Origin: Desulfosoma sp.
Lineage (GTDB): Bacteria; Desulfobacterota; Syntrophobacteria; Syntrophobacterales; DSM-9756
Direction of reading: 5' to 3'
Assembly: GCA_037481835.1 (NCBI GenBank)
Contig: JBBFKW010000001.1
Location: 223,443 to 287,442, forward strand
DNA: 64,000 bases
In this document: positions 18,935 through 28,675 of the stretch, piece by piece
Position numbering within the stretch: the stretch's first letter is position 1
Layout of the letters: each line of letters opens with the position of its first letter
Translations under genes and position numbers: made by a program
The notes under the pieces: model-generated
Databases searched by the model: none
What the model was told of the DNA's origin: nothing
Seen by the model: the letters and a program-made list of their open reading frames with translations, nothing else

Positions 18935-19874
18935 CGTCGTCCCCCGCCGTCGTCATGGTGTCCATCAGATCCTTAATGCAATCCAGTCCCGCCCTGACAT
19001 CCCGATCCTTCGTGCCCGGCTTTAGTTCCACGATCAGGGGGCATTCCGCCCCCCGGGTTACGCGCAGGATGGCTTCGAAAGGGATGGCGCCGGATCCCGG
19101 GGGCAGGTGATCGTCCACCCCTTTCACATCATGAAGGTGCATGCCCAAGAGCAGGGGCTTTTGCGCGCTCAGCAGCTCCATGGGATCGCCCCAGCCGAAG
19201 ATTTCCATGAGATGCCCGTGCCCCGTATCATGCCAGTATCCCAGGGGGGCCCCATCCAGTGCGGAAAAAATCGTCTCAAAATCGTCCGGGCCGGGAAGCT
19301 CGTGATAATGGGCTCGGTTTTCCAACCCGAGAAAGACATGGAGGCGCAGCGCCTCCCGAGCCAGCCGGTCCAGGCTCCACAGCAACCCGTCGAGATGCGG
19401 CGCCACGGCGGCACGGCGTTCTTCAATCTTTCGGGCCATCATCGCGCGGAATTCTTTTCCCTCCAATCCCTGAGCACGCCACAAAGCCATGAGCCGGTCC
19501 CACTGCGGATCCATGGCCACCCGCCCGCAATGGAGCACCACCACGCGGGCACCCAGATCGTTTGCATGTTCCAGGGTCCGGATCGTCCACTGCACAGCCC
19601 GCAGACGTTCTTCCCGATGGGGATGGCTCAAAAGGAAAGGCTCGGCACTCACCCGGTCCCACGGCACGGGGTCCGGGATCGGGCAAAAATTGTGGAGGCT
19701 GACCACATCCAGGTCCGAGCCCTTAAGAGCCGCCGTCACCTGCCGGAAGAGAGGCGGCGGAAGGCGATAGTCCAGTTCCAAGCCGGTGATGTCCAAGGCT
19801 TTGCAGCGTTCCACCAAATCCCGGCCGTGATTCACGCTCCCGGCCGCCCACGATGTGGACACCCCCAGGACCAT
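18900..19874 (-). CDS. Xylose isomerase-like TIM barrel (sugar phosphate isomerase/epimerase, AP endonuclease 2 fold)
   Basis: LENR, HDTGH, HLHD..G..DHLPPG.G and VE metal-binding motifs. Confidence 0.85.
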   Translation of the reverse strand: MVLGVSTSWAAGSVNHGRDLVERCKALDITGLELDYRLPPPLFRQVTAALKGSDLDVVSLHNFCPIPDPVPWDRVSAEPFLLSHPHREERLRAVQWTIRTLEHANDLGARVVVLHCGRVAMDPQWDRLMALWRAQGLEGKEFRAMMARKIEERRAAVAPHLDGLLWSLDRLAREALRLHVFLGLENRAHYHELPGPDDFETIFSALDGAPLGYWHDTGHGHLMEIFGWGDPMELLSAQKPLLLGMHLHDVKGVDDHLPPGSGAIPFEAILRVTRGAECPLIVELKPGTKDRDVRAGLDCIKDLMDTMTTAGDDDGTEQDTRFHP

Positions 19875-19877
19875 GCT

Positions 19878-20678
19878 CTAAGCCTCCCTCGTCACGGTTG
19901 ACAGAGCAAAGACGGCTACCAACGGGGTATGGTCGCTGGATTTGGGTTTGGCCCTCAAGGCGGTATCCACGAAGCATTCCTCGCAGGCGTGCGCCATGGG
20001 TTCCGTGACAAGCATGTGATCCAAACGCCAGCCCAGGTTGCGTTCGAAGCTTTTCGGCAACCGATAGTCCCAAAAGGTGAACTGCTTGTCCCGCGGATGG
20101 AGGCGGCGGAAGAGATCCACTAGGCCCCACGCCATGAGCTCGTCCAGTTTGGCCCGTTCTTCGGGGTGAAACCCCACCTGTCCATCCAAACGCTTAGGGT
20201 CGAAAACGTCCACGGGCTGAGGGGCCACGTTGATATCGCCCGTCCACACAAGAGGCGTCTGCGGGGTGAACCGCTCGCGAATCCAACGGCCCGTGCGGTC
20301 CAAAAAATCCAGCTTGTAGCGGAACGCCGGGTCGTCCGGCGACCGCCCCTGAGGCACATAGGTATTGATCACCCACACGCCGCGAACCTTTATCGCAAGA
20401 AAACGGGCTTCCTTGTCCAGCACGGGATCGCCCGCTTCCGTGACCTGCGATTCAGGAGGGTCCCGGGTCAGGACGGCCACGCCGTTAAAGGATTTTTCCC
20501 CCTTGACGAGGCACCGATACCCCAAATCCTCGAAAAACTGCCGCGGGAACGCCTCCTCCTGACATTTCGTCTCCTGAAGGCACAACACATCCGGCTGCTG
20601 CTTCGGGATCCATTCCAAGAGATGGTCGAGGCGCGCGCGCACCCCGTTCACGTTGAATGTGGCCGCCTTCCACCCCAT
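19878..20678 (-). CDS. xth: Exodeoxyribonuclease III
   Basis: TFNVNG, LQETK, GDINVA, FTFWDYR, GWRLDH and SDHTP motifs. Confidence 0.95.
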   Translation of the reverse strand: MGWKAATFNVNGVRARLDHLLEWIPKQQPDVLCLQETKCQEEAFPRQFFEDLGYRCLVKGEKSFNGVAVLTRDPPESQVTEAGDPVLDKEARFLAIKVRGVWVINTYVPQGRSPDDPAFRYKLDFLDRTGRWIRERFTPQTPLVWTGDINVAPQPVDVFDPKRLDGQVGFHPEERAKLDELMAWGLVDLFRRLHPRDKQFTFWDYRLPKSFERNLGWRLDHMLVTEPMAHACEECFVDTALRAKPKSSDHTPLVAVFALSTVTREA

Positions 20679-20696
20679 CTTTCCGCCCCCTTTCCC

Positions 20697-22598
20697 CTAC
20701 CACTGTCGGCGCACGACGTACTCTTCCGGCAGTTCCGCCAAAAAGCGGCTCGGCTTGACCAAATCGCCTTTGCGGGCCATGGCATGAGAAAGATACAGTT
20801 CCCGGGCGGCACGGGTCATGGCCACATACAAAAGCCGCCGTTCCTCTTCGATGCCTTGGAGGCTTTCCTCCCCCGACACGGTCTCGGCGGTTGCCGGCCC
20901 CTGCACGGATCGCCAGTGGGGAAGGAGCCCCTCTTCCACCCCGACGACAAAAACAACTTGGAATTCCAGCCCCTTGGCGGCATGGAAGGTGGCCAGGCGA
21001 ACCCCCGTTCCGGCTTCGGCATCGTCCTGGTCCTCTCGAATCAGCGCGCACGCTTCCAGATACGATTCCACATCCGGCGCCTCCCGTGCCGCATGGATCA
21101 TCTGCTCGATATTTTCCATGCGGGAGATGAAATCGTCTTCCCCCTCACTTACCATGCGCAGGTGCTCTTCGTAACCACACCCCTCCACGACCGCTCGAAT
21201 GGCTTCGTGGGGCTTGAGGCTCCTGATGCGTTCCAGGAGAGCCAGGAGTTCTTCCACGGCGACGGCGACCTTCTTGCTGAGAAGCCCTCTTTCCAAAGCG
21301 CGGCGGCATTTTTCCTGGAGGGGCGTCCCCGAGCCGCCGGTTCCCAAAATCTTCTTGAGCGTCGCCGCTCCCAACCCCCTGCGAGGGACGTTGAGAATGC
21401 GCTCGAAGGCCACGTCGTCCTTGGGATTGAGGGCGCTCATGAGATAGGCATGGATGTCCTGTACCTCCCGGCGTTCGAAAAAGCCACGACCGCCCATCAT
21501 CGTGTAGGGCACCCCCTTGTGCCGCATGGCCCTTTCCAGGACCATGGAACAGAACTTGGTGCGGTAGAGAACGGCCATCTCCCGAAACGGCGTGCCGTCC
21601 GCCAGGTGGAGGGCGCGGCACTTTTCCGCCACCCATTGGGCTTCATGATCGTCGCTGAGAAAACGACGCACTTCCACGGGCTTTCCATTTCGGCGGCTGA
21701 AGCATTTTTTCTCGACCCGCGACAGGTTCTTGGCAATGAGGGCTTCCGCAGCCGCCACAATGGGCCGGGTGGATCGAAAGTTTTCCTCCAGCCGCACCAC
21801 TTTGGCCTGGGGATAATTTCGTGGGAAATGAATAAAAAAGGAGGGATCCGCTCCACGGAACTGGTAAATGCTCTGGTAGTCGTCCCCGACCACAGTGAGA
21901 TTGCCGTCCCGCAGCAAGAGATCCATGATGCGGCATTGGACGGCGTTGGAGTCTTGGAACTCGTCCACCAGGACGTAGTCGAAAAGGTTCTGACACCGGC
22001 TTCGGACCGCCTCGTTTTTTGTGAGGAGCTCACGGGTCAGGGACAGAATATCGTCGAAGTCCACGGCGTTGTGTTGCGCGAGAATGCGGTTGTAGAGGTC
22101 GAAGACCTCGTGAACGCGGCGCAGCCGAGACGACCTGGCCAGGTAATCCAAGGGGTCGTCGCTGTTTTTCGCACGAGAGACCGCGGCCCGATAGGCGTTG
22201 AGGGCGGTGTTGTCAATATCCAGTTCCGCCAGGGCTTTTTTCATGTCCACCCGCTGCTGATATTCGGAGTGGATGCTCAAAGGGCGGGTGTAGCCCAGCA
22301 GTTCGCAGTGTTCCTTGAGGATTTGAAAGCAGGCGCTGTGAAAGGTGCGCACCCAGGGAAAAGCCTGGGCGGGGCGTCCCGTCATGGCTTCCAGGCGCCG
22401 TTTCATTTCTTCGGCGGCCTTGTTGGTGAAGGTGATGGCCAGAATGCGCACGGGATCGTAGCCCAAGACGCTCACCAAATAGGCAATTTTGGCGGTAAGA
22501 GTCCGGGTCTTGCCGCTTCCGGCGCCGGCGGCCACCAAGACCGGCCGGCCGATGGATTCGACGGCTTCCTTCTGCGGCGGGGTGAGTCCAATGTCCAT
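20697..22598 (-). CDS. UvrD/PcrA/Rep-family SF1 helicase
   Basis: AGAGSGKT, TFTNKAA, VDEFQD, NFRS, HAAKGLEF and EERRLLYVAMTRA motifs. Confidence 0.95.
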   Translation of the reverse strand: MDIGLTPPQKEAVESIGRPVLVAAGAGSGKTRTLTAKIAYLVSVLGYDPVRILAITFTNKAAEEMKRRLEAMTGRPAQAFPWVRTFHSACFQILKEHCELLGYTRPLSIHSEYQQRVDMKKALAELDIDNTALNAYRAAVSRAKNSDDPLDYLARSSRLRRVHEVFDLYNRILAQHNAVDFDDILSLTRELLTKNEAVRSRCQNLFDYVLVDEFQDSNAVQCRIMDLLLRDGNLTVVGDDYQSIYQFRGADPSFFIHFPRNYPQAKVVRLEENFRSTRPIVAAAEALIAKNLSRVEKKCFSRRNGKPVEVRRFLSDDHEAQWVAEKCRALHLADGTPFREMAVLYRTKFCSMVLERAMRHKGVPYTMMGGRGFFERREVQDIHAYLMSALNPKDDVAFERILNVPRRGLGAATLKKILGTGGSGTPLQEKCRRALERGLLSKKVAVAVEELLALLERIRSLKPHEAIRAVVEGCGYEEHLRMVSEGEDDFISRMENIEQMIHAAREAPDVESYLEACALIREDQDDAEAGTGVRLATFHAAKGLEFQVVFVVGVEEGLLPHWRSVQGPATAETVSGEESLQGIEEERRLLYVAMTRAARELYLSHAMARKGDLVKPSRFLAELPEEYVVRRQW

Positions 22599-22761
22599 GG
22601 GGCATCCTTTGCCTTTTTCAAAATTTCGTGGGGGAACCGACGTCGCGGCGAATCTTAGAAGGAACCTGGTCGGACTGCAACCCATCCTTGTGAGCGCGGT
22701 CGGCTTTGTGTTAGTTTAGCGGCGTTTCGTTCATTTCGGGACAGAGAGAAAGGATCCTGTC

Positions 22762-23049
22762 GTGGAGAAGATCAGCCGAGAAGAAGTCCGCCATGTGGCC
22801 GAACTGGCCCGGCTTCGCCTGGACCCCGAAGAAGAGCTGGCCATGACCCGGCATCTCAACATGATCCTGGAATACATGGACAAGCTCAACGAAGTGGACA
22901 CGTCCCACGTGCCTCCCACGACCCACGCCATCCCGCTGGAAAACGTTTTTCGGCCGGATCAGGTCCGTGGCTCCCTGGATCGGGATCGGGCGCTGGCCAA
23001 CGCCCCCCAAAGCGACGGCGCCAATTTCGTCGTTCCCAAGGTCATCTGA
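22762..23049 (+). CDS. gatC: Asp/Glu-tRNA amidotransferase subunit C
   Basis: VRHVAELARL...NAP...FVVPKVI. Confidence 0.97.
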   Translation: MEKISREEVRHVAELARLRLDPEEELAMTRHLNMILEYMDKLNEVDTSHVPPTTHAIPLENVFRPDQVRGSLDRDRALANAPQSDGANFVVPKVI

Positions 23050-23085
23050 GTTCTGAGCTTCGAGACGGAAAGGAAAAGGCTGCCC

Positions 23086-24558
23086 ATGGCGTCCCTGACC
23101 CGCATGACCATCCACGAACTGCGCGAGGCCCTTACGGCGAAAAAGATCAGCGTCTCCGAAACGGTTCGCGCCTATCTGGAGCGCATCGAAGCGCTGAACC
23201 CGAACCTTCAGTGCTTTTTGACCGTTATGGCCGAAAACGCCTTGAAAGAGGCCGAAGACTACGACGCCGGTCGAAAGGACCTTTCGGGTTCTCCTCTGGC
23301 GGGCATTCCCATCGCGGTCAAGGACGTCTTGTGCACGGAAGGCATTCGCACCACGTGTGGGTCAAAAATCCTCGAAAACTTCTTCCCCCCTTACGATGCC
23401 ACGGTCGTCGCACGGCTGAAATCTTCAGGCGCCATCCTGCTGGGCAAAACCAACATGGATGAATTCGCCATGGGATCATCCAACGAAAATTCGGCTTTCG
23501 GCCCCGCAAGAAACCCATGGGATCCGAACCGGGTGCCCGGGGGATCCAGTGGAGGGTCCGCGGCGGCGGTGGCGGCCGATCTGTGCGCTGCGGCTCTGGG
23601 AACGGACACCGGCGGATCCATCCGGCAGCCTGCCTCCTTTTGCGGCATCGTGGGACTCAAACCCACCTACGGTCGGGTCTCCCGTTACGGCCTCGTGGCG
23701 TTCGCGTCGTCGCTGGATCAGGTGGGTCCCATGACCAAGGACGTGCGGGATGCAGCCCTGCTTCTGTCCGTCCTGGCGGGGCACGACCCCAAAGATTCCA
23801 CCTCCATCGACCATCCCGTGGACGATTACGTGGCGGCCATGGAAGCCCCCATCCGCGGCCTGCGCATCGGCATGCCCAAGGAATACTTCATCGAAGGCAT
23901 GGATCCCGACGTGGCGCAAGCAACGCACAGAGCCTGCCGGCTTTTCCAGGACCTGGGCGCGGACCTCGTAGAAGTGTCCCTACCGCACACGGCATACGGG
24001 GTCGCGGCCTACTATATCATCGCCCCGGCTGAAGCCAGTTCCAACCTGGCTCGCTACGACGGCGTCAAGTACGGATACCGCTTCGCCGAAGCCCGAGACC
24101 TCATGACCATGTACAAGGAATCCCGCAGCCGAGGCTTCGGCGCCGAAGTCAAACGGCGCATCATGCTGGGAACCTACTGCCTGTCGGCCGGATACTACGA
24201 TGCCTACTATCGGAAAGCCTCCCAGGTCCGGACCCTGATCCGTCGGGATTTCACGGAGGCGTTCGAGAAATGCGACGTTCTCGTCGCACCCGTCTCACCG
24301 ACGGCCGCCTTCAGGATCGGCGAAAAGACGGAAAACCCCCTGCAGATGTACCTCAACGACGTTTTCACCCTGCCAGCGAGCCTTGCCGGAATCCCTGGAC
24401 TTTCCCTCCCGTGCGGCTACACCTCCGAAGGACTGCCCATCGGGCTGCAAATCCTCGGGCCGCACTTAGGAGAAGCCACGGTGCTTCGAGCGGCCTTCCA
24501 TTTTGAACAAGCCACCAGGACGGAGCGCCGGGCCCCCTCCCTGTTGGAAAACGCCTGA
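23086..24558 (+). CDS. gatA: Asp/Glu-tRNA amidotransferase subunit A
   Basis: Amidase signature [28 protein letters not shown] and EVKRRIMLG. Confidence 0.98.
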   Translation: MASLTRMTIHELREALTAKKISVSETVRAYLERIEALNPNLQCFLTVMAENALKEAEDYDAGRKDLSGSPLAGIPIAVKDVLCTEGIRTTCGSKILENFFPPYDATVVARLKSSGAILLGKTNMDEFAMGSSNENSAFGPARNPWDPNRVPGGSSGGSAAAVAADLCAAALGTDTGGSIRQPASFCGIVGLKPTYGRVSRYGLVAFASSLDQVGPMTKDVRDAALLLSVLAGHDPKDSTSIDHPVDDYVAAMEAPIRGLRIGMPKEYFIEGMDPDVAQATHRACRLFQDLGADLVEVSLPHTAYGVAAYYIIAPAEASSNLARYDGVKYGYRFAEARDLMTMYKESRSRGFGAEVKRRIMLGTYCLSAGYYDAYYRKASQVRTLIRRDFTEAFEKCDVLVAPVSPTAAFRIGEKTENPLQMYLNDVFTLPASLAGIPGLSLPCGYTSEGLPIGLQILGPHLGEATVLRAAFHFEQATRTERRAPSLLENA

Positions 24559-24591
24559 ATGGGGCCCGCCTTCCTGTTTTGTGTCAATAGC

Positions 24592-24620
24592 TTGACGATT
24601 CGCTGACATTTCTGTAGCCT
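24592..24620 (+). promoter_or_regulatory. sigma70-type promoter for the fapA-like gene
   Basis: TTGACG-N17-TAGCCT. Confidence 0.5.
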
Positions 24621-24668
24621 CAAAGGACGCAGTGCCGCAGCGCCCCAACTTTCATGAAGGGGATGGCC

Positions 24669-26756
24669 ATGGCGAATGAGGACCTGGCGCAGAACAGGAA
24701 CCCCAACCTTGTGTTCGGCAAGCTGGCGATCCAATACGGCCTTGCGACCAAGGACACCGTCCGTCAGGCCTTGGAAAGGCAACGGGCGCTGGCCCACGAA
24801 GGCATCCGAAAGCCTTTGGGGGAAGTGCTCGTGGAAATGCGCGTCATCAGCCCCCATCAAATGAAGGCCCTCCTGAGGCTCCAGCATTTTCTCCTGCGCC
24901 GGGACAGGGAAAAGCCCCTTCTCGCCCATGCGGTCACCAAAGGGTTCCTTTTGCCTCGCGACGAAAAAAGAGCCCTTGCGCGGCAGATGGAACTCTTCAA
25001 GCTGGAAAAAAAATTCTACCCCATCGAACAGGTTCTCCTGGAAGAAAAGCTTCTGGACCCCAGCGGCATTCAGGCTCTGAAAGACTCTTTCACCGGGCAG
25101 ACGAACCGGCAGGAGGCCGCTCAACCCGTCCCCGAGCCCGTATCGGCCCCCGCGGCGCCGGATTCCATGGTTGCGGCGGATCGCCTGGATTTCCTTGAAG
25201 AGTTCTTCGACGTGAGTGTTTCCTCCGATCGGATGGAAGCCTCTTTGCTGTGGACAAAGAAACCTCCGCCCGACGTGACCGAACAGGACCTGCACGCGTT
25301 TGTCGCCCGACGAGGGATCTGCTTTGGGACTGAGCCCTTTTCAGAAATCGTCCGACATCTCCTTTCCAGACCCACCTCCAAAGGATCCATCGTGATCGCC
25401 AGAGGTCGGCCGCCCCAACCCGGGCGGAACGCTTCGGTGCTCTACCATTTCGAAACCGACCCTCTCAAGGTGGGCCGAATCCGCGAAGGTGGATCCATCG
25501 ATTTTCGCGACCGCGGTGAAATCCCCTTGGTTCGTGAAGGGGATGTGCTTGCCGAAAAGATCCCGCCGGTGCCGGGAACTCCTGGAACAGACGTTCTCGG
25601 CAACCCTGTAGCCCCTCCAAAACCTTTGGACGTTATCTTGCGCTGCGGCCGAGGCGCGGTGCGCTCCGAAGACGGCACCCACGTCCTTGCCGTGCGAACG
25701 GGTCGCCCTCAAGTCACCGCCGACGGAAAAATCAGCGTGCAGTCGGAACTGGAGATCCCAGGAGATGTGGACCTGAAAACGGGCCATGTCATCTTTGAAG
25801 GCGATGTAAAAATCAGCGGAACCGTCACCGCCGGATTCCGGGTCAAGGCGGCCTCGGTTTTCGCTGCGGAAATCCAAGGAGGGGAAATCATCGCCGAAGG
25901 CAATGTCATGATTGCCGGAGGCGTCATCCATTCCACCATTGTTGCGGAAGGGCATGTGAAAGCCCGGCATCTTGCGGGAAGCATCGTGCGCGCCTGTGGG
26001 GATGTGGCCGTTTCGACAAGCGTCGTGGACAGCACCATCGAAACCTCGGGATCCTTCCTGGCGCCCACGGCCACGGTGCTCTCGTCCCATGTTGCAGCGT
26101 CGCAGAAAATCCTCGTGCAGCACGTGGGATCGGAAAAGTCCAAAGCCTGCCGGATCGTTATCGGGGACGACCCCATCGTGCGGAGAAAATCGGCCGCTTT
26201 GCGAGACCGAATCCAGCGCCTCAAAGATCATGCTCAGCGCCTGAAAAACGCGGAAACTCGACAACGAAAGGCCTTGGCCAATGCGGAATTGGCCACAGGG
26301 AAAGCGGTGCAGTTCCAGGATAAAACCCTCTTGGAAATCCGCCGCCTGGAAGAACAGGAAACCGGGACGGCCCAAAGTCCTTCGATGAAAGCCCACGTGG
26401 AAGCGCTGCGGCAGGCGGTCCACGAAACGGACCTGAAGGTGGAAAAGCTTTTTCAGGTTCAAGACGCCCTGAAAGCGTCCCTCAAACACATCGTGGACAG
26501 ACGGGTCCAATGCGCGCGGGATTTGGCCGAACTGGAGGAGGACCTGCGGGCCCTGATGCAGTGGGCCACGTCAAAGCGCGATCGTCCTGAGGTCACGGTC
26601 CAAGGCGTTATGGCCGCGGGCACGGTAATCGTCGGAACCCAGTCCTCTTGGAAAGTCGCCGACAGTGTCAGGGCCGTGCGCGTCGTGGAAAAATCCGTGG
26701 AAGATCCCCAGACAGGGCTCACTCAAAAGAAGATCTCCTTTTCGCCTCTTTCCTGA
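24669..26756 (+). CDS. FapA/DUF342 family protein with N-terminal MshEN-like repeats
   Basis: IARGRPPQPG, IDFRDRG, GDVDLKTGHVIFEGDV, a beta-helix region and a coiled coil. Confidence 0.88.
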   Translation: MANEDLAQNRNPNLVFGKLAIQYGLATKDTVRQALERQRALAHEGIRKPLGEVLVEMRVISPHQMKALLRLQHFLLRRDREKPLLAHAVTKGFLLPRDEKRALARQMELFKLEKKFYPIEQVLLEEKLLDPSGIQALKDSFTGQTNRQEAAQPVPEPVSAPAAPDSMVAADRLDFLEEFFDVSVSSDRMEASLLWTKKPPPDVTEQDLHAFVARRGICFGTEPFSEIVRHLLSRPTSKGSIVIARGRPPQPGRNASVLYHFETDPLKVGRIREGGSIDFRDRGEIPLVREGDVLAEKIPPVPGTPGTDVLGNPVAPPKPLDVILRCGRGAVRSEDGTHVLAVRTGRPQVTADGKISVQSELEIPGDVDLKTGHVIFEGDVKISGTVTAGFRVKAASVFAAEIQGGEIIAEGNVMIAGGVIHSTIVAEGHVKARHLAGSIVRACGDVAVSTSVVDSTIETSGSFLAPTATVLSSHVAASQKILVQHVGSEKSKACRIVIGDDPIVRRKSAALRDRIQRLKDHAQRLKNAETRQRKALANAELATGKAVQFQDKTLLEIRRLEEQETGTAQSPSMKAHVEALRQAVHETDLKVEKLFQVQDALKASLKHIVDRRVQCARDLAELEEDLRALMQWATSKRDRPEVTVQGVMAAGTVIVGTQSSWKVADSVRAVRVVEKSVEDPQTGLTQKKISFSPLS

Positions 26757-26856
26757 TCCCCTCGGAAGGCATGCCTTTTCGGCGAATCGCCGAGAGAAAG
26801 CCGGAGCGTCTGCCGGGATCCGGCATGTCGGCGATCTGAACCGCGGCAAAGCCCGC

Positions 26857-28161
26857 TTACACCCTGGGGAAGGCCCCGCGAGGCACGACGGTGATGCCCC
26901 GAGGGGTCACCACAAAACGTGTGCGGTCTTCCTGCGGCGAGACGCCGATTTCCGTATAAGGAGGAATCACGTTGTCCTTGTCGATGATGGCCTTCTTGAT
27001 GCGGCAGTGATGGCCGATTTCCACATTATCCATAATGACCGACTCATCCACCTCGGCATAGCTGTTGACGATCACATTGTAGGACAACACGGAATGACGG
27101 ACGATCCCTCCGCTGATCAGGCACCCGTGAGGGACCACGGAATCCTTGGCCGTTCCGGTGCGCTGGACGGCATGATCGCCTCGGGAGACCACGAATTTAG
27201 CCGGCGGCACCTGGCGCTGCAAACCGCGCATGGGCCATCGGCGGCCATAAAGGTTGAAAAAGGGGCTCAGGCCCGTGAGATCCATGTTGGCGTTCCAATA
27301 GGCGTCCAAGCTTCCCACATCCCGCCAGTAGGTGGAATCCCGGGTCGGGTTTTGCGTCTTAAAACAGTACCCGGCCTCCGGATCGTAGACCGGGACGTCG
27401 TCCCTGATGAGGTTATAACGCCGATAAGGATAGGCATAGACCCTCCCTTCCCGCACCAGCCGAGGGATGATGTCCCTGCCGAAATCTTCATCGTCGCTTT
27501 CTTTTAAAACCCGCAGAAGCACATCCCGCTTAAAGAAATAAATCCCCATGGAGGCCAGGCTCCGGGACGGATCGTCGGGCATGGGCTTGGGATCCTTGGG
27601 CTTTTCCTCAAAGCCGCAGATCCGATAATCGTTGTCCACTTCGGCGATCCCGAAGGACGACCCGGTCGCCCGGTCCACCTCGAGAAGGCTCACCGTGACG
27701 TCGGCGTCTTTTTCCTCATGGAACTTCCGAAAGAGGGAATAGTCCATCTTGTAGACATGATCTCCCGAAAGGATGAGCACATGTCGAGGCCGCTCCCTTT
27801 CGATGAGGTAGAGGTTCTGGCGCACCGAATCGGCTGTGCCGCGGTACCAGTCTTCCCCCAGTCGCTGCTGCGGCGCCACGATGCGCAAAAAGTGCCCCAA
27901 AGCCCCGGAAAAGATGTTCCAGCCGTCTTCGAGATGATCCACCAGGGACTGGGATTTGTATTGGGTAAAGACGAGAATCTTGTAGAGTTGCGAATTCACG
28001 CAGTTGCTCAGGGGAATGTCGATCAAGCGGTAGATGCCGCCAAAGGGAACCGCCGGCTTGCAGCGGTCCCTGGTCAGGGGCATGAGCCTCTCGCCCCGTC
28101 CGCCGGCCATGATGATGGTCAAAATGTCATTCATGGAGTCCCGCCTTGCATTGGATTTCAT
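26857..28161 (-). CDS. glgC: Glucose-1-phosphate adenylyltransferase
   Basis: AGGRGERLMPLT..RCKPAVPFGG, WYRGTADSV, LSGDH, EEKP and YWRDVG motifs. The start may be at 28134. Confidence 0.96.
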   Translation of the reverse strand: MKSNARRDSMNDILTIIMAGGRGERLMPLTRDRCKPAVPFGGIYRLIDIPLSNCVNSQLYKILVFTQYKSQSLVDHLEDGWNIFSGALGHFLRIVAPQQRLGEDWYRGTADSVRQNLYLIERERPRHVLILSGDHVYKMDYSLFRKFHEEKDADVTVSLLEVDRATGSSFGIAEVDNDYRICGFEEKPKDPKPMPDDPSRSLASMGIYFFKRDVLLRVLKESDDEDFGRDIIPRLVREGRVYAYPYRRYNLIRDDVPVYDPEAGYCFKTQNPTRDSTYWRDVGSLDAYWNANMDLTGLSPFFNLYGRRWPMRGLQRQVPPAKFVVSRGDHAVQRTGTAKDSVVPHGCLISGGIVRHSVLSYNVIVNSYAEVDESVIMDNVEIGHHCRIKKAIIDKDNVIPPYTEIGVSPQEDRTRFVVTPRGITVVPRGAFPRV

Positions 28162-28673
28162 TGGATAAAGCGCCGAATGTCCGACGGCAGCTGATGATCA
28201 CGATAAAGGATCGCCCCATCCCTGTCCACTAAAACGAAAAGCGGAACGCCGCGCACTTCGAAAGCCTTCATGGCCTCGCCGGTTTCGTCGTAAAGGACCT
28301 TAAACGGCATGGGGTGGGCGTTTTGGTAGCGCTGGACACGCTCGAAGGAATCTCCCGAGCCCACATTGACGGCCAGGATTTCCAATTGGTCCTCCCGCGT
28401 TTGTTTCCGCAGCTTGGCCACTTCCGGCTTCACGGCTTGGCAGGAAGGACACCAGATGGCCCAAAAGTACAACAGTACGGGTCTCTTGCCACGGTAATCG
28501 CTCAGGCGCACCCTTTGGCCGTCCGTGCTCGGAAGATCAAAGTCGGCCGCCCGGGATCCCTGAGACCCCACCAGACTCATAACCTTATCCACCAGGGAAG
28601 ACTGGGCGTAAACCAAGCCGGGCAGCACAAGAAGCATCGCGAGACTTATCCTCAAAATGAACCTTAAATTCAT
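28158..28673 (-). CDS. TlpA/ResA-like exported thioredoxin
   Basis: Signal peptide, FWAIWCPSC and GVP cis-Pro motif. Confidence 0.9.
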   Translation of the reverse strand: MNLRFILRISLAMLLVLPGLVYAQSSLVDKVMSLVGSQGSRAADFDLPSTDGQRVRLSDYRGKRPVLLYFWAIWCPSCQAVKPEVAKLRKQTREDQLEILAVNVGSGDSFERVQRYQNAHPMPFKVLYDETGEAMKAFEVRGVPLFVLVDRDGAILYRDHQLPSDIRRFIQ

Positions 28674-28675
28674 TT

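Noticed and set aside
20166..22658. Long antisense ORFs (830 aa here; also 12115-14055, 32341-34200, 56516-58549, 9411-10955 and others)
   Set aside because: They lie opposite clearly identifiable genes and have no recognisable motifs. Such shadow ORFs are expected from high-GC codon bias.
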